From assembly GCA_036172245.1 (NCBI GenBank), contig JAYWIR010000085.1, positions 186,001-250,000 of the forward strand: 64,000 bases of DNA, given 5' to 3'. The notes beneath the pieces were generated by a model that was given only the letters and a program-made list of their open reading frames with translations, was not told where the DNA came from and searched no databases. This stretch comes from Raillietiella orientalis (Eukaryota). Shown here piece by piece: positions 62,301 to 64,000 of the stretch. The position numbers and the translations under genes were made by a program. Position 1 is the first letter of the stretch; each line of letters starts with the position of its first letter.

Positions 62301-62637
62301 AGATCAAAAATTAGGATCACTATTTAGATTTCGGCAGCACTCCAAATGCCATCAGCAGCTCAGTTCATGGGATTGCAAGAGATGTCACTGAGATTCAGTC
62401 ATTGTAACACTGAGCACGAAATTGATGTCTCTTAATTGGCCTTTGGCCACCTTTTTGAATGCTTTTCCTTAACTGAATTTAAAGATGTTTTTGCCATGGT
62501 GAGCTACCTTAAAGATGAAGACGCCTATAAGTTGAACGTATTTAGCAAGGAATCAGTACCTCTCTTTGGTCCAACTTTGCCTTCTCCTCCAATTTTCAAG
62601 AAGCTGCACGTCTTTCGTGAATTTCTTCTAGTCAAAC
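22543..62637 (+). CDS. GARNL3: GARNL3-like GTPase-activating Rap/Ran-GAP domain protein, spliced, 3'-partial (12 coding exons in window; rest of GAP domain and CNH domain expected beyond window)
   Basis: Twelve GT-AG-bounded exons join with matching phases into 388 codons +1 nt. The product carries motifs in the order recalled for GARNL3: [121 protein letters not shown]. Confidence 0.93.
23203..23329 (+). repeat. Imperfect direct repeat of ~36 bp, 90 bp apart
   Basis: GAGGAACCCACGAAGGTCTTTCGCTAGGGATTCTTC vs GAGGAACCCCACGAAAGTTCCTCGCTAAGGGTTCTTC. Confidence 0.75.
23700..24450 (+). mobile_element. Decayed LINE RT fragment (CR1/L2/Jockey/I-like) in intron 1
   Basis: Ordered motifs: [44 protein letters not shown] (FADD equivalent), LALRNSK, LRFL..CFSRQL. 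Confidence 0.6.
25528..25570 (+). CDS. GARNL3: GARNL3-like exon 2 ([14 protein letters not shown])
   Basis: tgtccag| acceptor, |gtaagt donor; matches the GARNL3 FSRRHYGSVE motif. Confidence 0.9.
28833..28922 (+). CDS. GARNL3: GARNL3-like exon 3 ([30 protein letters not shown])
   Basis: T10-AG acceptor, GAG|gtagga donor, phase 0-0, FRVENG motif. Confidence 0.88.
32790..32871 (+). CDS. GARNL3: GARNL3-like exon 4 ([27 protein letters not shown])
   Basis: tttttttag| acceptor, |gtaagt donor, phase 0-1; ENPEY.TRWYFK.FLG motif. Confidence 0.92.
34362..34477 (+). CDS. GARNL3: GARNL3-like exon 5 ([18 protein letters not shown]...IRAILWRKT)
   Basis: ttttag| acceptor, ACG|gtaaga donor, phase 1-0. Confidence 0.93.
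36345..36409 (+). CDS. GARNL3: GARNL3-like exon 6 ([21 protein letters not shown])
   Basis: tttgtttcag| acceptor, AG|gtcagt donor, phase 0-2; similar to GTQKICL...SVKSIL. Confidence 0.9.
38000..38550 (-). mobile_element. Decayed LINE RT fragment
   Basis: [15 protein letters not shown] and [11 protein letters not shown] in RT order. Confidence 0.38.
38801..38867 (+). CDS. GARNL3: GARNL3-like exon 7 ([22 protein letters not shown])
   Basis: Long polypyrimidine tract + cag|, AAG|gttaga donor, phase 2-0; fills the gap equivalent to ...KFEKGPREIFHPEIQK. Confidence 0.87.
39633..39872 (-). mobile_element. Possible LINE post-RT (connection region) fragment
   Basis: Abrupt strand-skewed composition; [16 protein letters not shown]...KPFFLR resembles I-group post-RT sequence. 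Confidence 0.28.
41098..41479 (+). repeat. 382-bp inverted repeat arm 1 (reverse complement of 52922-53303)
   Basis: ORF translations are essentially identical on opposite strands; by eye one internal and about three terminal differences. Confidence 0.97.
41840..42120 (+). mobile_element. Decayed LINE RT fragment
   Basis: [27 protein letters not shown] and AVPMQG in RT order. Confidence 0.42.
42850..43700 (-). mobile_element. Decayed LINE RT fragment
   Basis: [20 protein letters not shown] and VDSSKFTEV in RT order. Confidence 0.35.
45850..46450 (+). mobile_element. Decayed LINE RT fragment
   Basis: [31 protein letters not shown] and GFVLG in RT order. Confidence 0.45.
47878..47980 (+). 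CDS. GARNL3: GARNL3-like exon 8 ([34 protein letters not shown])
   Basis: ttttatccccacaag| acceptor, G|gtaact donor, phase 0-1; RapGAP FKFGV motif. Confidence 0.93.
51254..51314. repeat. Perfect 17-bp inverted repeat plus adjacent partial direct copies
   Basis: TTGAAATCGACATCCCC / GGGGATGTCGATTTCAA, followed by AATCGACATCCCC and CGACATCCC. Confidence 0.93.
52780..54050. mobile_element. Kolobok-like DNA transposon relic: KolX/P2X7-ballast-like pseudo-ORF (- strand, ~53218-53570) divergent from a THAP-like pseudo-ORF (+ strand, ~53700-53990)
   Basis: - strand: ACC...DFKH.DDVL...IRHAAW..QCVHWAH/GKIGRR...SYVVK..RE..TDP. + strand: PAACK...[18 protein letters not shown]...RRL....VSSFP. Both are frameshifted. 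Confidence 0.6.
52922..53303 (-). repeat. 382-bp inverted repeat arm 2
   Basis: Reverse complement of 41098-41479. Confidence 0.97.
58280..58378 (+). CDS. GARNL3: GARNL3-like exon 9 ([32 protein letters not shown])
   Basis: tttttcag| acceptor, AG|gtaagt donor, phase 1-1; RapGAP F..F...LG...FRGGLD. Confidence 0.95.
58451..58554 (+). CDS. GARNL3: GARNL3-like exon 10 ([34 protein letters not shown])
   Basis: Follows a 72-nt intron; ctcag| acceptor, CAG|gtagga donor, phase 1-0; EIMFHVST motif. Confidence 0.95.
59920..60031 (+). CDS. GARNL3: GARNL3-like exon 11 ([17 protein letters not shown]...TSQFT), catalytic Asn-thumb helix
   Basis: ttttacag| acceptor; KRHIGND motif; ends at the U12-type donor |GTATCCTTT, phase 0-1. 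Confidence 0.95.
60069..60094 (+). repeat. (TG)13 microsatellite
   Basis: Read directly. Confidence 0.95.
60398..60609. repeat. Fold-back / MITE-like element, 73-bp imperfect inverted arms
   Basis: 60398-60470 vs reverse complement of 60537-60609: 60/73 identical without gaps; 66-nt spacer. Confidence 0.9.
62485..62637 (+). CDS. GARNL3: GARNL3-like exon 12 (HVFAMVSY...[29 protein letters not shown])
   Basis: AAAG| acceptor after the U12 branch point; split codon C+AT restores the conserved His (FT-H-VF); donor C|gtatgt. Confidence 0.95.
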
Positions 62638-64000
62638 GTATGTAATTTCTCAATCTTTGTATTACTAATCTTTCCGAAGCAAACAGGCAGTATTTTAGCC
62701 TCATTCTTTGCTTCGTGAAGGAATGCAGCTAAAATGCTGTCTGCACACATTCTCAAAAAGCGAAAAAAAAAAAAAAAAAAAAAAAGGAAAAAGGCTATGC
62801 AGAACATCCCTTTCGATCGGCTTTCACGTGGTGAAAGGGTTCGTTCCATGAGCCGCTGTAGGTAGGCGTGCGCGCATCGCGGTGTTATCCATCACAAGAC
62901 GACTGCTGAAACACGTAGGGAATCCTCTCGGCAGTTCGAGGAAGTGATTACAGGCAGGGATTTTCTCGCCGTGTGAATTTTTCCCGCCGAAAGCGCTGCT
63001 CAATCCACAACGAAACTTGGCCGGACAAGGAGCATCTTGAGGATGAGGTGCTCGGAAAACTGCTCCAGCCCTATGGAATTCACAAAGATCGATCTTACTG
63101 TGCGTTCGCAAATTCGTGTCAGTGTCGATGACGTAACACGCCCGTGCAGAGGGTTCCAGCTGTCTGGGAACCGTCGAAACCTGTACAGTTTGCTTTAATG
63201 AACCCGGCCAAGCACGCGGAGCTACGTGTAAATCACAGAACAAACTGGGAAGAAACATTTGACGTCTTGCTGTCCTTCATGTTGGACTGTTTCTATCTTC
63301 TCTCGTCGAGGTCACCATTCCGTGTTCGGGAATCGCCCGTTTCCCGAAAAGTCCTTCTATTCAATACAATTAGAACAAATATTCGAAGCACACAGCAAGC
63401 ATGTGAGCGCTCACTGTACCACTATTCGTTCTTAATAGCCATTAGCGGAGGAACTTATCCGATGTACCTCTCCGTGTTTTTCTTTTGACTTGCCGTGAGT
63501 GCACAAAATCAGCACAGATATCCAGTGCAGACGGGGGAGCATCTTCTTTGCCTTCTTGCACCACGCAGCTTTGCAGTAAATCTCTTTCTGACGTCTGTAG
63601 TAATTTCCTGAATCCACAGATGGGACACTTCCAGCACGTTTTCCCTTCCCCAACTCTTCGTTCCGATGTTTCCATGGAGTGATTTCAGCAATTGCATCCT
63701 TGCAATCTTCATCTTTGTCACAACAGTCAAAATGATGGCCGATATCGCCAATTTTTTTCTCGGTTCTTAACTTGGCTGCAATTCTAAGATGGCTTCGTGC
63801 GCGCTCTTGCGTATTCCCGGCATTTCCAAGTCCAAGTGCTTAAAATGGCTGCTGGCAAAATAGTTCTCAAGCGTCTCGCTGCTTCTTTTTCAACAACTGC
63901 CGGTGAGAACTGTGCTGCCTGGAGAACGCCACTTCCTTATCCTCAACAGCCAAGGAAGTGATCGAGACAAAAAGGATGGCCAATGCCAATGGGTTTTCTT

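Larger units (their letters stand above)
60032..62484 (+). other. U12-type (minor spliceosome) GT-AG intron, 2453 nt
   Basis: 5' site GTATCCTTTT (60032-60041); branch point TTTCCTTAAC (62464-62473) about 12 nt upstream of the AG; no polypyrimidine tract. Confidence 0.93.

Noticed and set aside
62638..64000. Next GARNL3 exon (expected LINGEKA-like)
   Set aside because: No phase-compatible matching exon found; presumably beyond the window.
1..64000. CRISPR arrays, operons, rRNA or prokaryotic defence systems
   Set aside because: No regularly spaced repeats, dense gene packing or rRNA signatures; the sequence is spliceosomal-intron-containing eukaryotic DNA.

Overview
Eukaryotic (metazoan, probably invertebrate) genomic DNA; no prokaryotic gene organisation is visible. 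The main feature is a + strand, long-intron GARNL3-like RapGAP-domain gene. Twelve coding exons were assembled by hand (22543-62637, 1165 nt, all splice phases compatible, catalytic KRHIGND motif intact), and the gene continues past the window end. Its intron 11 (60032-62484) is a clear minor-spliceosome (U12-type GT-AG) intron. Exon 8 sits between the two longest introns, which carry a near-identical 382-bp inverted repeat. That repeat derives from a decayed Kolobok-like DNA transposon relic with a divergent THAP domain and a KolX/P2X7-ballast-like domain. The remaining sequence holds many heavily decayed non-LTR retrotransposon fragments, a pogo-like MITE, a fold-back element and several short perfect palindromes. 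Most ORFs in the supplied track are spurious. All TE calls come from motif recognition by eye and need HMM confirmation.
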